A stretch of 63,870 nt of DNA, filler included, from Lenisia limosa (lineage: Eukaryota > Protista > Breviatea), in assembly GCA_001655205.1 (NCBI GenBank). It is 13 parts of 13 records of this genome, joined end to end, with 100 filler letters (N's around TTAATTAATTAA, not from the genome) between each part and the next. Parts side by side here need not be neighbours in the genome. Positions count along the whole stretch, not along the records: positions 62,450 to 63,870 come from LPNZ01002374.1; 12 more parts are not named here. One strand, 5' to 3'. Shown here in pieces: positions 62,450-63,870 of this stretch. Numbering within the stretch: position 1 is the first letter of the stretch; the number at the start of each line of letters is the position of its first letter. The notes beneath the pieces are model-generated. The model was not told the origin of the DNA. It saw nothing but the letters and a program-made list of their open reading frames with translations, and ran no database searches. The position numbers and the translations under genes were made by a program.

Positions 62450-62590
62450 GGGGGGGGGGGGGGGATTGGAAATTTATGAGAAAAAAAAGAGCCCAAAATC
62501 AACTCTGTTGGCAGAAAACATACGAAGGTTGATTACAAGAAAACAAAGCCCAGGTCAGTTGTTTCTGTAGCACCGTATCCCACCCATCAC
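62450..62590 (-). mobile_element. Family A full-length copy, GT-start to C-tract
   Basis: Minus strand GTGATGGGTGGGATACGGTGCTACAGAAAC...CATAAATTTCCAATCCCCCCCC, directly after an open AG-preceded segment; the final AG would fall in the spacer. Partial minus copies also at 4377-4430 and 10925-10962. Confidence 0.75.
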
Positions 62591-63870
62591 TCCAGGAGGG
62601 GGAAGTGTTGAGAAACATCAACTCCACTGGAACAACATATCATATGCATGAGAGTGATACGTCTCTTAAGGCGAGTCTGGATAAACGCCCCAGAAAACCC
62701 CCAACACTTCAGACTCAAAAAAAAACCCCCAACACTCCAGACTCAAAAAAAAAATTGCAGCATACCCTCTACGCTCAAATATAACATCCCGCATACCTGG
62801 CCTTGGTCGTTGGTTTTAGGCACAAGGAAAGCAGCAGCATAGGCCTCAGAGGATACAAGGAGGCGAAGCTGGTGGGGGTGAGGAAGACAAAATTATAAAC
62901 AAAAACCTTGATAGCATCTCCAACGCTCAAAACAAGTTTTAGCACGAAAGGATGCGTGATATCGCTATTCAAGGGATGAACAACAATATTGAATATACAT
63001 ATCATATGTATAGCAATGAGAAATAAAAAGTAAGGTTGTATCTGGCCGAAGCAGTCCACACCATTACGCTGATAAGAGATATTGGATTATAGTATAATAT
63101 TAATTCACCCAATTATTTGCCTTACAACTCTAAACACACAGCTTTCTGTGTGCCAATATGGAATAATCAAACAAAAAAACAAAACGCACTATTGCTCACA
63201 AATTCAGGGTGTTCATTGGGGGCAATGGTCTGTCCATCGACAATCTGAGGGCCGACAGGGGGGGCTGACACGATCTGAATGTCTTGCAAGAGGTTCTGCG
63301 GCACCTNNNNNNNNNNNNNNNNNNNNNNNNNNNNNNNNNNNNNNNNNNNNNNNNNNNNNNNNNNNNNNNNNNNNNNNNNNNNNNNNNNNNNNNNNNNNNN
63401 NNNNNNNNNNNNNNNNNNNNNNNNNNNNNNNNNNNNNNNNNNNNNNNNNNNNNNNNTGGCTACCAGTAAGCCCGTGATGGAGTAAAGTATCGACAATAGC
63501 CCCCCCGTCCCCTACTCCTCATCAAGGTGTAGTCCCAGTTCTCATCACATGTGGACTGCTTGGCCACGCCACGGCCTATAGCCTCGGCGGTGCGGAGCCA
63601 TTGTTGTCCGTCTAAACCGTCAGCAATCATGCAAGCTTAAAGTATGTGTGTCCGTGTGTGTGTGTGTGTGGGGAGGTCTGTTGTTGCATTTCAATTTCAA
63701 TTAATATACAATTATACAAACGTAACAGTCCGGGCATTTTTTTTCTTCCAATTACTCGCCCCTCACAGGCTTTCTTCTCGAAGGTGGTGAAGGTCTTGCA
63801 GGTGTAGAAGGCAGTGCCGACATCGGAGAGTGACCGCAGAAGATACTCGCTTGTGAGGTGGGTGCCTGCG
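62591..63870 (-). CDS. Uncharacterised multi-exon gene fragment running in from the window end
   Basis: Minus exons AGTHLTSEYLLRSLSDVGTAFYTCKTFTTFEKKA, ACMIADGLDGQQWLRTAEAIGRGVAKQSTCDENWDYT, VPQNLLQDIQIVSAPPVGPQIVDGQTIAPNEHPEF, QLRLLVSSEAYAAAFLVPKTNDQGQ. Confidence 0.55.
63009..63153 (-). repeat. Family D full-length copy
   Basis: Reverse complement closely matches 61001-61137; lies mid-intron in the minus-strand gene. Confidence 0.8.

Noticed and set aside
212-63496. Most ORFs in the supplied six-frame track, especially those spanning X-runs
   Set aside because: They run through masked bases or introns, or are antisense shadows of low-complexity exons; real genes here are split into short exons.

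Overview
Intron-dense eukaryotic genomic DNA, hard-masked with N. It is stitched from 13 pieces by 12 artificial 100-bp spacers (44 N + TTAATTAATTAA + 44 N), so adjacency across spacers may not be biological. Read by eye, it holds about 17 spliced genes or gene fragments. Recognisable ones: NAP1/NCKAP1 (WAVE complex), a dynein-2 (IFT) heavy chain fragment, an RNF123/KPC1-like SPRY protein, a C2H2 zinc-finger factor, an ankyrin-repeat protein, a kelch-repeat protein, a double-SH3 adaptor, a coiled-coil protein ending in a villin headpiece, and a probably secreted RCC1-like protein. NAP1 plus dynein-2 suggests an amoeboid organism that also has a flagellum (inference). The most unusual signal is in the introns. 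Three short repeat families (A, D, E) lie on the sense strand of their host genes wherever the host strand can be read. Family A supplies the 3' splice site and in at least two cases appears to be essentially the whole intron (Introner-like). Many introns open with G-runs and close with C-runs. There are also two MITE families (hAT-like with 8-bp TSDs; Tc1/mariner-like with TA flanks) and a spliced orphan gene enclosed by ~140-bp inverted repeats. No rRNA, tRNA or CRISPR array was recognised. Exon coordinates are manual and approximate; family labels A-E are mine.
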